Shown: piece after piece, positions 1 through 14,200 of the stretch | Position numbering within the stretch: the stretch's first letter is position 1 | How the letters are laid out: the number at the start of each line of letters is the position of its first letter | Origin: Podarcis cretensis | Lineage: Eukaryota | Direction: 5' to 3' | NCBI GenBank assembly: GCA_951804945.1 | Contig: OX638157.1 | Location: 30,256,001 to 30,320,000 of the forward strand | DNA: 64,000 nucleotides | The notes under the pieces: model-generated | Told to the model about the DNA's origin: nothing | The model's database searches: none | Seen by the model: only the letters and a program-made list of their open reading frames with translations | Translations under genes and position numbers: made by a program

Positions 1-367
1 CATGGTGCTGTGGTCTAAACCACTGAGCCTCTTGGGCTTGCCAATCGGAAGGTCGGCAGTTCAAATCCACACGACAGGGTGAGCTCCCATTTCTCTGTTC
101 CAGGTTCTGCCAGCCTAGCAATGCAAAAGCAGACCCAGTGCAAGTAGATATAATAGGTACCTCTGCAGCAGAAGGTAAACAGCGTTTCCTTGAGCTCTGG
201 CACTCGTCACGATCCTCTTTGTGCCAGTAGTGGTTTAGTCATGCTGGCCACATGACCCAGAAAGCCGTCTGTGGACAAATGCCAGCTCCCTCGGCCTGAA
301 GTGAGACGAGCACCACAGCCCATAGTTGCCTTTGACTGGACTTAACTGTCCAGGGGTTCTTTACCTT
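1..367 (+). mobile_element. Sauria SINE (Squam1/POM-like), near full length
   Basis: tRNA-like head with B box (cagttcaaatcc), characteristic body tagtcatgctggccacatgacc, 3' tail ctttacctt resembling (ACCTTT)n; second copy at 51304. Confidence 0.85.
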
Positions 368-1252
368 ATGTTAATAGAAAAGGAGAATCAGTGTTGCATA
401 AGGTCTTCCCACTCTGAAAAGAACGTAGTGCTCAATGCAGCAAGAAGGAAGCCATGCATCATGTTTCCTTAGTTTTTTGATGTTAAGTGAGGTTTATTCT
501 CTAATATGTGTCTGTGGTTGCAGTATTGATGATCACAGCTGAAATCCTGTGTACATTTACTTTGGAGTAAACCCCATTGCATGTAAAGGGATTTAATTCT
601 GTGTACCTATGTAATAAGATTGCACTGGTAGGCGCACTTCAGCCCCTCTTGTGACACACTATCATACAGTTTGAAAAGTGAAGCACAATGTCATAATAAA
701 GCTGACAGTCAGTGAAATCTGATGGAGATGATCGGGGCTGGTTTGTTTTTAACTAAAAGAAAGAAAACTAGCTTTTAGTTATTCACAATTCTAAGCTATT
801 GTTGAGGATTAGGATGTACTCATGCGGTGTCTCATGTTGGGAAAACCCTCTGATTACTTAAGGATTCACTTACATAGTTTTAATAGAAAACATGTTGATT
901 TTAAGTTTAGCGCCATCATTCAGAGCTTCAGATGGCAGTCATTCAACGAACTTGTTGGCACTGAGCAATGAACTATGTTTGGAAGATGTTTATAGTGGTG
1001 CTAATGTTGTAACAATTTGTGCACAGGCAGGGAAAGAAGACTAATAATAGTCTTTCTTGCAATATTGTTTAAAAGGGCAGAGTAACATGAGAAGAATGCT
1101 GTGTTAAATATATCTTGAGCATATTTTAAAGTCTGGTGGCCAGTTCAGGTAGTAAACATAAAGTTATCTCTAAGTTGTTTCACAGTATAATGGCATAGGC
1201 TTTTAAGAATTGAAACTGTTCAGCAAATGTTTTGTTCCCATGGAAGTTACTA

Positions 1253-1493
1253 CAGTGGTACCTCGGTTTGCGAACTTAATCTGTTCCGGAATTCCATTCT
1301 TAAACAAAAGCCATTCTTAAACTAAGGCATGCTTTCCCTAATGAGGCCTCCCACCACTGGTGCCCTTCCACCATTTGGCTTCCATTTGTAGACAGAGATA
1401 AAGTTCGCTAACTGGAACACTACTTCTGGTTTTGCGGAGTTCGTATACCAAATAGTTCATAAACAGGGCTGTTCTTAAACTGAGGTACCACTG
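1253..1493. mobile_element. Tc1/mariner (Tigger-like) MITE, 241 bp
   Basis: TIR CAGTGGTACCTC / GAGGTACCACTG, TA on both sides. Confidence 0.88.
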
Positions 1494-4044
1494 TAATGAT
1501 GAGCTTTGAGTTAGCACATCAATCCATAAATATTGGTTATAATCAATGGTCCAAGAAGACTTATATGTTTCAGTAAGGCTGCAATCCTATAAAGACATAT
1601 CTGGAAGTAATTCCCTTTTGATTTTGATGGAGTTTACTTTCAAAGAGACATGCATGGGATTGCACTGTACATTTGTTAGCTTTTAACTGTGTGTATGTAT
1701 GTAAGCAGCGTATTTGGGGCAGATGAAGAAGTTTAAGAAACAGAATGTCTTTTGTTTGTGATGGATCTTTGTGTGAGGAATTGCCAGTTAGTTTCATAAC
1801 TTTTCCAGGATAGAAGTACAGCAGCTAGTGCATCATTGAACCAAACAAATGTTCTCTAGCCTTAGTGAGAGTGGCTGCCTTCGCCTTATGCTCCTGCTAA
1901 TATGAACAGAGGTTTAGCACAGCGCCAATAAGTTTTTTTTGTGAGGCCAACAGTTCTTAATTCTTTCAATGTTTTCAACAAAGTATATGTGCAAAGTATA
2001 TAACAGATGAGATATGAATGCCTCCCCTGTCTTATCTAGTGTATCTTTTGGTTTAATAAAGTCACCAGCTATCCATCCACTTGTAATCTTTGGCACAACA
2101 TACGCAAGTTCTCCTGGTTCAATAAGGTTAAGAGGAAACAAACCCACGTCAAGGCTGCAATCTTATTGTTTATACAAAACAAAGTATTATTGAACTAAGT
2201 GGAAACTTTGTTATGAGCAAATATGCATAGAATGGTGCTTCTTGAATGCACATCATAAATCTGCTTTCTTGCAATTGCATGCATGCATAATTCTTAGTGT
2301 TGACTATCAGTTCTGGGGATCAGTCAAACAACTGTCTTTTGGCTTTTCTGGAATCTTGATGTCAGTGTTCTTGCTTTTGATCTCTTTATCTCCTGTTTGA
2401 GAGAAGAAGCATCTGTCTGTTTGTCTTTGGTGTGGTTGGGGAACTCTAATATTGTGTTCTTGTCTTTATGATGGTTACTGTGATGAGTGCCCCCTTTAAA
2501 AAACACGTTCCCTTGAGCAAAATATTAAAATGGCAAGTTCGTGGATTATGGAGGGGAGTCTTCACTTAATTTATTGTATTAATTTTTACCAAGGCTCTCA
2601 AGGCCTTTTGCAATTTTGTGTGTGTAGCGGGGGGAAAGATAGAAAAGATAGGATAATGAAAAAGCTGGTCAGTGGATGTCTGTTCTGGAACTGATGGTAT
2701 GAGCTTTTTTGTGGACTTGCAGGTGCTGCGGTGATGATGAATGTGATTTTTGCCTTACTCATCTTCCAGTACAGTATAGTCCCGTTTAACATTACATTAC
2801 ATAGCTGTGGGTACAACACCTAAGAGAATCCATTTACCAACTTCCAGATATCATTTGAAATTACAACAAGTTCTGTTTTTTCAGTTCTAATATTACGACT
2901 GCAGCTGGTAAGAAAAGTATTTTAAATTACATTGCTATCTAATGTGGCAGTAAATATTTTTCTGTTCTAAAATGTCCTACAACTTGGCCTTTGAGGCAAT
3001 ACCTTTGCCAAGATAACTAACGCTGCTTCCTCTACTGACCCCTCCACAGCTAAACAAACAGAGTTCTTCTCTCTGTTTATATTTTTCATGATGGAAAAAG
3101 GAAGCAAACAAAAACATGTAAATGCCAAGTAGTATGAAGTGTTGTTAGAATACCATTGAGTTTTGTGAGAGAATAACATTAATAAACTTGGGGAAGTGCT
3201 CAAAGAACAGACTGCAAACACAGAAAACTTAAATATAGTTGGTATTAATCATAAAAAGACTGAAAATATATTTGAGTACACTTAGAGCTTCATAGCATTT
3301 TAAAGAACTGGGTCTGTCTTATCATCTAAACACATAAATTACATAGATGCTAGAATTTTAAAAAACATTTCCTTCAGTGTCTGTCTGCAGTCTTCATCAC
3401 TACTGAGTCTATTTTCTCAACCTTTTCACAGTTAGAGAGCTTTCCCCCTAATAGTCTTATGGCAATGGCCTGTTTATTGAGCTTAGACATTGGTTATTTA
3501 ATTAATACATTTGTTTGTGCAGAGGTTAGATGATGGTGGGTCAAAGAAAGTGTTACCACACACTTTCCAGTGCATTTTTCCATCACTTTCCTTATCACAA
3601 AAAGTCCAGTCTTTCGAAGAAGCTGGTTTGTTGCACAGTATCTCCCAATCATTTATATTCGTGCAACCTGAATTGGCTCTTCTGTGATTGAATCCCACCC
3701 AATAAGCCCAACTGCAAAAGACTGAAAACCATAGCAATGAATATAGTTGTGTATGCTTGGAAACTTACCATTGTTCAAAAAGGTTCCCTTTCCGAAAGTG
3801 CCCCACAGAACTCTAAACTTTGCTTTACATTTCCCAAAGTCAGTAATCTGGCACACAAGCTTTTTTGAGCTTTCTTCCTATTATGAAAAGCAAATGCAAG
3901 GGAGTTGGGTTCTGATGCTGAATGAAACAGTTCTGGGAACAAAGATTTAAAGGTCCCAACACCACTCCCACAGACCACACTCCTGATCCAGCTTCGAGCA
4001 GACTTGAGAGACAAATATGTAGGGCCAACTAAAATCCAGTGAAT

Positions 4045-4150
4045 TTTATGAAGTGGGTTCTAACCCGTAAAAAATTATACCACAACATATCTGTTAGTCT
4101 TTAAGGTGCATCAGGTTCTTGCAGCAGACAAATAAGGCTACTCCTCTGGA
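4045..4150 (+). mobile_element. Penelope-like element terminal fragment
   Basis: tgaagtgggttct...gttagtctttaaggtgc...gctactcctctgga resembles reptile Penelope ends (from memory). Confidence 0.5.
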
Positions 4151-5107
4151 ATTTTGGTAACTTATTTTGAAGTTGTTCCTTGGTCAGAAGAACACTTTTT
4201 CCTTGAGACTTGCCTGCATGTATTGTTTGCTATTAAAGGAAAGGATTTGGTAGGCTATTTGTGACTTTGTGCTCTCAGAAATATGTCAGAACGAGTAGAA
4301 AAATGAAAGGTATGCTCGCCCTTTAATTGCAAGAAATACTGCACTTTGTGATACAAGCAGGAGTCCAAATAGAACAGTAGAAAAAAAAGCTTAGCTAATG
4401 TTTTTGTTTACATTACTGTGAAGTCGAGCTAAAGCAAAAATATGCTAGAACTAACATTGGCTGGGATTCCAGCTCTATGTACAAAATGGGTTTAACTGTA
4501 CTACTTCCTGCTAATCACACCTAATTATTGTAATGAGGTCAAAAGATTGTATAAAAGGTTTAGAATGCCGTCTCAGTGTAGAATGTGTATAAAGGTGCTT
4601 TTGAGAAACATTGGTTGTTAGGACATAAAATATTATCTTCAGGAGAAAAAAAAATGTAAACATCACTGAGAAAGGAAGTCTTTTTAGCATGGGAAAGGCA
4701 ACAAAATTCCAAGCCAATGAACTGTGTCACGCAGACAACTTGACCAAAGAACTCTTGCAAGTGATAACAGTGCAAGCACTTCAGATCTTGAAAACATTAC
4801 CTTCCTCTTCTTTCTTGACAATGCCATAGAACTTCCTAATTCTATCATGATTTTAACATGTGCTTACTGCCACAATTCTGTGCACACTTATATGGGAATA
4901 ACTGAACACAGTGGGACTTGCTATAGAGTAGGCAATCATAGGATCGGATAGCTTATAAAGTTTAAAACCGTTTGAAACGCATTAGATATATCCAAAGTAA
5001 AACATGTGCAGATGCTTTGTAATAAGGAATGAAGCTACTTCATAACTTTGAAAAGTAATTATTTTTTCTCTCTTCAGTCATCTCGACCCTATTGCAACAT
5101 TCTAGCA

Positions 5108-5204
5108 ATGGATCCAAGAAACGAAAGTAACATTGTTCCCAGTATCACCCAGTTGGAAAATTTCCTTACTGAACATGACTCCAATGTTGTTTGGCTTCTT
5201 GTTG
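5108..5204 (+). CDS. BLTP1: coding exon 1 (MDPRNESNIVPSITQLENFLTEHDSNVVWLLV); exon begins 5078
   Basis: ttctctcttcag acceptor at 5077, gcaATGg Kozak, G|gtatgt donor. Confidence 0.93.
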
Positions 5205-8200
5205 GTATGTAACAGTTTTTTTGTTGAATATTTCATGTATTTTGAATGCTGTGAAATATCCCATCTTAAATACATACATCCAAAACAAACATGCTATACT
5301 GGTTAATTGGAAAATTTGGAGCAAAACATTGCTTTTTAAAGTACTGAACAGTGGTCTCTTCCCAGTTTGCCGTTTTTGTGGGGGCTGCTGAGGCTAAATC
5401 AGTAGAGTTTATTTGCCTAAGAAGTTCTGTCCCTTTGCATACACAACTCATTGGCTAAGAGCCAACATGCATAATTTGCAGCATTGTCAATGCCTCAGAG
5501 GAGCAGTTTGTGATTTGGAATACAATGCTGCAACAATATCTGAGACAAAGCTGGTATCGTTGTAACTGCTACTATTATTATTATCATTATTACAATAATT
5601 ATACATCACTTCTTATTTGCAAAGTGCTTTACTGTTTTATTGTATTCAACCCCACTGCTGTTCCATTTTATATATAGGAAAGAGGGGTTGAACAATAGTG
5701 GTGTGACTAAGGCCAAATAATGACTGTTCACATGTAACAGTGCACCATAGTTTGGTGTTATGTGTAGAAGTACGCCTCCCCTCACTTCCGGTGTAATATG
5801 AGGAGAGAGAAGGCATTTGCTTCCAGTTTGAACTGTGTTTGTCATTGTGTCTGAATCTGGACAAATTATATTAGTGTTAAATATGGTATATTAAAACAAG
5901 CCAACTTCGGACTATTATTAATTATTGTGGTTTGTTTGAGTAAGACATATTTCGCACTAACCACAGTTTTTGGCTTGGACATAACAAACTGGTAAGTTGC
6001 ATCCATTTCAGGTTACGTCTTTTCAAGTTGCGCCCCACGGCAACCTGGAAGTACCGGAATGGTTACTTCTGGGTTTCGCCGCTCGTGCATGTGCAGAAGT
6101 GCTATATTGCGCTGCGCACATGCGTAGACGCGGTGCTTCTGGATGTGAACGCTTCGAGTTGCGGATGTTCTTCCGGGATGGATTACGTTCGCAACTCAAG
6201 GTTCCATTGTAAATGTTTCCACTCTCCCTCCAACTTTGCTAAGGAGAAGAGAAGTGGGAACAAAAAGAAGCCAAGGTTCATACTTGCAGTGCTAAAAAAT
6301 GGTTTAATATTGTGTGATAAATGAACCCAAAGCAGAGGTGTCCAGGGCTCTCATAAAGCAGTTTAGCCCCCTCTGGCCCATAATGAAGAGTTTCAAATGC
6401 TACAGCTGGGTTTGTGTGTGTGTTTTTCAATATGATTGTTCTTTTATCTTTCATAATAATGCATTTGCACTTTTCTAGAACGTATGATCATTTCTTTTGC
6501 AGCTACAATTTTGTCCTGTGGCTGGATAATTTATCTAACCTATTACAATTCCCGGAACATTGGCCTTATTTTGACATTGGTTCTTAATAGATTACATAAA
6601 AATGGCTACATCCATATTGGTAAGTGTTCTTGGAAATATATAATATACTATTCAATACATACTGAAATATTGTGTTAATAATAGAATCCACCATCTAGCC
6701 AATGTTAGATGTCTTTAGGTTTTGTAGCTTTCAATAAGAGAGAGATGTAAGTACATGCTTAGCTGTCCCACTGACATCCGTGTGATAGGCAGAGCAATCC
6801 TATACCCAAATTACTTTAGGTGGGAGATCTGTGGCTACTACAATGGCAGCATGACCACAGTATCCTATGTGTGTCCAGATAGGAGGAGAAGAGAAAGCAC
6901 GCAACTAGGAAATATAAAAATTACATATGAAAGCCTGTGAGTGGCAACCAGTTAGAAACTGCATTGGCAATTATGCTTACATGTGGCCGAAATGCAGAAG
7001 ACATGGAGGAAGCCAGCGAACTAATGACTGCAAGGATATGCACCGATACACTTCCGGCATCATAATACACCATGATGCCATAACACCCACTTCTTCTGCT
7101 TCATTGATGTAGTCAGCAATGACCCTGTTACCATGAGAGGCCAGGCATCCCTACAGGCAAGGATTCAAGTCATTTATGCTCCTCACAAGCACAGTATGCA
7201 AAGGGAAGGATAGAGGCCACACAGTACAGCACCTACATAATTCCCACAGCAGGACATCTGCAGAGAGCACAGACAATTTTCCTAGTTTTGTATAGCGACG
7301 ATGGTGTGCTGTGATAGGGTAAGAGGTTACATCATCCTGTGTTTTGGTTTGTGGTGACATGGTTAGGGCAGTTCACACAGCGTACCTCTTCTCTATATTT
7401 TTATTTCCCACCCATTAAAGTAAATGGCAGGGAATTTTCTTTAGCTAGGTCTGCGGCTGGCATAAAATTGCACTTTTGATGAGGACAAGGCTGTGAATCG
7501 AAGGGTTATTTGATATGTGCTTCTCACCTGCCATTCCTGCTTCGATGCTTTAATTCAGGGGTCAGCAAACTTTTTCAGCAGGGGGCCGGTCCACTGTCCC
7601 TCAGACCTTGTGGGGGGCCGGACTATATTTTTTTTGGGGAAATGAACGAATTCCTATGCCCCACAAATAACCCAGAGATGCATTTTAAATAAAAGGACAC
7701 ATTCTACTCATGTAAAAACATGCTGATTCCAGACCTTCTGTGGATTTAGAAGGCGATTGGGCCGGATCCAGCCCCCAGTCCTTAGTTTGCCTACCCCTGC
7801 TTTAATTTTTGCCCTTCCACTGACATATCTGAGAAGTTCTGCGGTATATCTTGAATTTGGCAAATGTAGCCCCTTGCCAATGGAGTATAATATTGCACTT
7901 TTCATCTAGCTAAAGTAACAAAAAATTGTGCTAATAATGTTGATGATTGACTTACCAGAAATCTTACTTTTAATATAGGTTCCTTCTCATTCTCTGTCCT
8001 GTCTGGAAAAGTCATGGTTCGTGAAATATATTACATTACAGAAGATATGTCTATTAGGTACTTAACCTTGCTTACCATTTGTTTCAAAATAGTGTTTGTT
8101 TTAAAATGTTTCTTCATCCTCATATAATGCTAGGCTCTAATATGCTTTGGATTATGCATTCCATTTTGACATCAGTAGTGGTAGAAAAAGCATGAACACA

Positions 8201-11200
8201 GGGTAAAGTTAGCCATTTCTGTCAAAATATGAGGACTTCTTAAGTGGTCTCTTCCTTTCTCTTGTTTAAGATAGTGAGCTCCCCATGCTGGTAACATTCA
8301 CTTTCATCTTTGGTCCAGGGCATAGAGGATTAATGGCAAATAGTGATGAGTGACAGTGAGTCAGGTGGTTTATGGTGCTTTTTAAGGTTCTGAAAGAGGA
8401 ACCATAAATACATTTATAAAAACCAAAATGGCAGTTTGTTAGTTTTTGCATTGTTTGAAATAGTTTTTAAATTCACCGAAGCTGGTCTGGGACCGTAATA
8501 AATTTCATTTCATTTCAAATTCGTTATATATAACAAGAGTACTTATTATTTCTAATTGTGTAAAAATATTTTCAGAATCCAAGATGGCTTTATTATATTT
8601 CGTTGGTGGAAGATGTACAATCCAAAGCAGAAGCAACATGGTAAGTTTTCACCCCCAAAAGAGACATGTTACTGGATTTTCTGTTGAAGGAGCAATTCCT
8701 CATGGGTTGAATAAATAGTCTTTGTATGTTACAAAAACAAATTATTCTTATAAATATTCAGTAAAGCAAAAAAAAACTGAATAGCTTTTAAAGGTTAAAT
8801 GGTGTATATCTTCTTAATTTAGTAGCTTACTCTTATCAGAGGCATTATTTCCATGTTAGAGCTGGGCTGAATTAATATTTTCTTTTACTGCTTCTCTGGT
8901 CTTGCATTTTAATTATTCCCATGTGGCTCATATGTTAATAAAATTCTACCTGCATCTCTATGGTTACATGAGTTTGAGTTCATTTGAGCTATCCTAACTT
9001 GCAAGGGTTGCAACATGGTTATCTAAGAGGTTTTAAGCAGGCAAATGCACCAGTCATGTCTCAAATTAAAAAGAAAGTAGAATAACGTAAGAGGAGATTT
9101 GCTGGTTGGGCCAAAGTTCCATCTGATTTACCTTTCTAAAAGTAGCTAGTTGAATACCTCTGGGAACCTTTCAAATAGGTCATGAAAGCAGCTGCTCCTC
9201 CCCCCATTTGTTTCTAGCATCTGGTATTCAGAGGTATAGTGTATTTGGAAGCAGGGGTTTCACAGGTCTTCAAATAGCTATATAGGCATTGATAGACCTA
9301 ATCTTAATGAATTTATCTTACTCACTCCTAAAGCTGTCAAAGCTAGTAGCCTAATCACAAACTGTGCCAGATCCCAGCTCCTCCAGAACTGTAGCATAAT
9401 TACAACAAATTAAAGAAAACTTACTGATAGTAAAAACAACCTGTACACTCTGTAGCCCCTTAATGTCTTTTTAAAAATACTTAAAGCATTTTATCTTTTA
9501 AATGACAGCTGCATGTGAGTCTCTAATCTGAAATCAGAAAAGATACAGACCTTCTTTAATTTATTTCACAAACTTTTAATGACTAATTGGATTTGTTTAT
9601 TTCCTATACCACAGCTTTGAAGTTGAAAACATACTAAAAAATTAAAATGATAACACTGTCCTTTATTGCTTGTGGCAATAACTTTGCTGCATTGCATTGA
9701 AATGTAAAGAAAGCATTCAAAATTAGTAATTTGTACTTTGCTATCTATACGGGCCATTGTGGGCTAGAAGTAGGTTTTCACTTTTGTCTCTGTAGGTAAG
9801 TGCAGAAAGAAGTGGTTGGCAAGATAATAATCTACTTTAAGAGACCCAGTTTACTGGATTATCAAAGGAGTTCATGTCTCTTGAGTAAATAAGTAATAGG
9901 GCTGTCTTAAAGAAAGAAAGAAAAACTAGTTAATTATAACCACATTGTTTTAACTAGGTCATAGCTTTTGAAAATGTAGATGTGATATATCATTAATGTG
10001 CTTCATTATTATATAGAAGAACATATGAAGAACCCTCTTGCATCAGACCAAAAGCTATGTAGTCCAACATGCTGTTTTTATTCTGCTCACCCAGATGTCT
10101 GTCTTGACACCAGGACAGTAGCAATCTTCTGCTTGTGAACCCCAGCAAGTGGTGTTCAGATTCATATGATCATTTATAGCTTTGAATGTTGTCTTTTGAA
10201 TTTATGACATGAATTGAGTTATTTGGCAGTTTTAAACAGTTTCTATGTCAGCCTTATAATAAGCCAGGGGTTGCCAATCTTTTGGGGCCAGTCGGCACAT
10301 TTGGAATTTTGAGAAAGTATTGTGGATGCTAGTTGTGAAAAGGGTGCTCTGGGGTGTGGCATAAAACAAATGGGAGACCATGGCAGTGAGGGTGTGGCAT
10401 AATGGCAGCTACATCTAAAAAGAAGAGGAAAAGAAGCAGAACCACAAAACGGTGCAGTCATGACCCATCAGTGGAGGGAAGGTTTCTACCTTGTTATAGA
10501 CTGGCAGAGGAGAGACAAAACTCTTACGCATTTCTTTGTTGAGTGTGAAGCATTAGACTTGCGTCCTCTGGTAGCCTGCTTTGTCAGCTCAGTTGCCTGA
10601 ATAGAATTTCATGCACTCACTTGCTGTGGCTAGTAGAATGGGACTTAAACACAAAGCTTGCTTTTTGTTGAATATGGTAACCCAGTGCTATTGGGTGGCA
10701 GTATAAGCTATATATATAATGAGTAAACATCACGGTAGAAACAGGCTGAATGAGGATACGAGAACAAAAAGTTATTGTGCAGTAAATCTTTAAGATCTCA
10801 CCAGGTTCTACGTTGCTTCCTTATCTATTTGTAATATGCTTCAGCTTTTTCTGTCTATTGCTAAGGAGATTTCCAGTCACTGTCACAGTGTGGGTTTTTA
10901 TATAATTGAACCATTTATTTTAAAAGTAGCCTACCTGCTATTTTGTTTTGACTACCTGCTCATGTAGTCCTAAAACAATCTATGTAATTCTTCCTTACTT
11001 CAGTGCTAGGATGTAATAGGGGGAAGCCACAGGTGAAACGGTGAGTAGTTATCTACACGCCTCAACTTCAGTTTGCCAGTCATTCATACTGGCTAATTCT
11101 CCCAAAAGTCCACTTTTAAAGCTTTGGGCATTTGTATACCTCTGTTACTTCATTAGTCTATAAATTTGTTAGTATACATATTTTTTTGTGTGTACTACAA

Positions 11201-14200
11201 TTTTTACAAAACCAGTGTGTTTTCTGAGGCTGTCTCATGAAAAGCCCCCCTGTTTTGTTGCACTTTACAGACCCAAAGGCAGAAACAAGATTGTATATCA
11301 TGGTCAATGATTTTGAATTTCATGTGTATAATCGTTCTGACCTTTATGGGCAACTTCAGGAATTATTTGGTTTGGATCCAACCATAATTCCTCCCAAGAA
11401 AGAGGAAGAGAAAGCACGAGAAAATGGAAGAGAACGAACACCCACAAATCTGGAAAGGTACAGCTATTTATTCACTTGAGTATCTATTTGAACGTTGTGT
11501 CAGATTGAGTTATTTCATTTTGCGTTTTTGTTCAGTTGATTTACTAGCCTCTTCCTTGAAGACCATAAAGTAGCACCTTCTTCTTACTTAAAGAGTATGT
11601 TTGAACATAAACTGCTCTATTTTTTAAGGCCACTCAGCCACATAAACTCTTCAGGCTTTTAGGTGATAGTCTGATATTGGAAAATCTAACCCTCTGAAAT
11701 GTGGAATATAGCACAGAGCATTGCTTGTTCAACATAGTTGGGACATGCACTTTTACTATATACACCTCTGTCAGAACTGAACGGTGCCACTATTGAAGTA
11801 AGAGTAGCAGTATTTGTTAACTTTATTACTCCCTTTTTTAATAAAAAAAATGTTTTTGTTTTGTTTTGACATGATCTAAATCTCTACCTGTGGAAGGGAC
11901 ACTGTGTTTATGCGTGTGTGTCCACTGCCCCATTTAATGTGGGAATAAGTGACAGCGGTGCCCAGTCTGTGTAATCATTTATTTCATGAAAGCTGGATAG
12001 ATAGATCTTGGGTACATTTAGTTATCAGATTAAGGTACTCTTGTTTAAACAACTATGTTTCAATTTTTTGTGTTGTTCTTTGTCTCAGGTCTTTGCTACT
12101 TTTTTGTCAGTATTGTTTTGCTAGCTTTTTGTGTTTTAAATTGTTCGTGCTTTTATTGTTATTATCAATTGCTAGCTGCCCTGAGGCTCCTATTGGTATG
12201 GAACGTGTAGGATGACAACAGTTTTATAAGTAAATAAATGGGGACATTAAATAGAAAGTGAATTTTAGAATGCTGGTAATGGCCTTGCATATTGCAGTTG
12301 CAGTTACTTTTAAAGGTCGATGGAATTACCTACATCTGTTCTGTTTTGTGTTTCTCTTTAGAGTAATTGTAATTAACTTCAGCAGAGAGCATATCCAGGG
12401 GTTTAATGGCCTAAGAGAATTACCCAAATCAGTCACTTTCGTGCAATAGATGACTGCTATAAAGTCATTTTTGCTTAAGTAAAAATTGGAGAAAGGAAAT
12501 GTTACTGTGTAATGCCTAGATGGAAGCAGCAAAAACCCCTTCCTTGTATCACATCTTGTGAAGCTGTGAGACTCCCCATTATTAATAAATGAATAAGTTG
12601 ATAGGTTGGTATGTTGTGTGCACTTGGCTTTTTAAGGTACTTAGTAAAACTCTTGTGTTTTCTGTAGTCAGTTTCAATATGCTTTAGAGTATCAGGAATT
12701 TGATTCCATTTCTTTTTTTGTCTGACTTCCATGTATGTTTGGCGCATCAGTGAAATATTTTTTTGAATGTGTTAATTATATAAATCTAAGTATGTTTCCA
12801 TCCTCAGTGTTAAAGTAAAAAGTGAATCACATGACCCTTCATCATCATGGAGATCTCTTATTCCTGTGATCAAAGTCAATGTCAGCACAGTAAGTGAAAT
12901 ATTCCGTTGTGTTTACAGATTACCTGGTTTTTTTCTCTGCAGTTCGAAGACCTCCTACTTTAGTAGCAATTTATAATATTTTACTTTTATATAATAAAAA
13001 AATTAATTTAGATAACATAAGAAGTTTGTCACGTGACTTCCTTAGGGTTCTGAGAAGTCTTTCAGAAATTGATTTTTTTATACCATAGTTTCTGGAAGGA
13101 CATTATAAGAGTTTGGTGAGGGATTACTATTAGATGGCTTGGAGAAATTATGATTGCCTTGTGGAAATTAGGATCAGTATGTTGCAAAGAGAATAGCCCT
13201 GTTTGCAGTGGCAGCCCCATAACTGAGATGTATTTTATTCTCAAACAAATATGCAAATTGTAAATGCCATTCATTGAATTGACCTGGATTGAAAATCATG
13301 CTGGTTGTTTCCCTGAGTCTAATCTTCTTGTTCTAAATGTTGTGTTTTCAGTACAAAAACCTTGTTGTTTTCAAGTGTAATAACCTTTCATTAAGAAATA
13401 AAGCCCAATTATTCTGGTTATAAGTTTGTAACACTAATGGGCTGCTCAGGACTGATTATAGTCCTAACCGGAGAAAATACCAATAATAAAGAAATAATTG
13501 AGAAGGATGACTTTTATGACGATGAATTAAAAGCTAACATTTAATTGTCTTACTCATTTAAGGGTCGTTTAGCCTTTGGGAATCATTATCAGCCTCAAAC
13601 CATCTGCATTAACTTTGATGATGCTTTCTTAACATATACCACAAAACCACCTTCAAGTCACCTTGATCAATTTATGCACATTGTGAAAGGAAAACTGGAA
13701 AATGTGAGGGTTATGCTTGTTCCGAGTCCAAGATACGTTGGCCTTCAAAATGATGAGTAAGTGTTTACAGTTTATGTAGGAATATTTTGAAAAATATTTT
13801 GAAAAATGTACTATGTAGTGTATACAAAATTGGGTCCAAAACTCTTCATACGAAGGACCACTGTGCATCCTCAAGTACCCTGGAAATATTAATGCACAAT
13901 TTTAATTGGGGATAAACACCCAACACTAAAGGGGAGCATTAGTGAGGGGTGGTTAACTTGTGGACCCCCAGCATGTTTTTGTTGACTGTATTTTTAAAAT
14001 GACATTAGAATTAGTTATGTTAATCCTTGGTTGCTGATATAAGATAATTTTGACTTGATATTTTGGAAGGAATTAGTATAGTAATTGGTATCGTACGTAT
14101 TAGTAAAGATCAACATAGAAGCCTCACCTCGGCTTCTCATTTCACTGAATATTGTATAACAAGATAAAATCACCACACAACTATAAAGTTACCTTCTAAA

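Noticed and set aside
2656-2823. In-frame TGA (2692) as selenocysteine
   Set aside because: No SECIS evidence or selenoprotein motif; ordinary uORF stop is simpler
2731-2830. GTGATGA C-box suggesting a C/D snoRNA
   Set aside because: No CTGA D box or terminal stem at a suitable distance
5997-6324. CpG-rich patch as BLTP1 promoter or small gene
   Set aside because: Short, downstream of the start-codon exon, and ends in a MITE-type TIR plus TA
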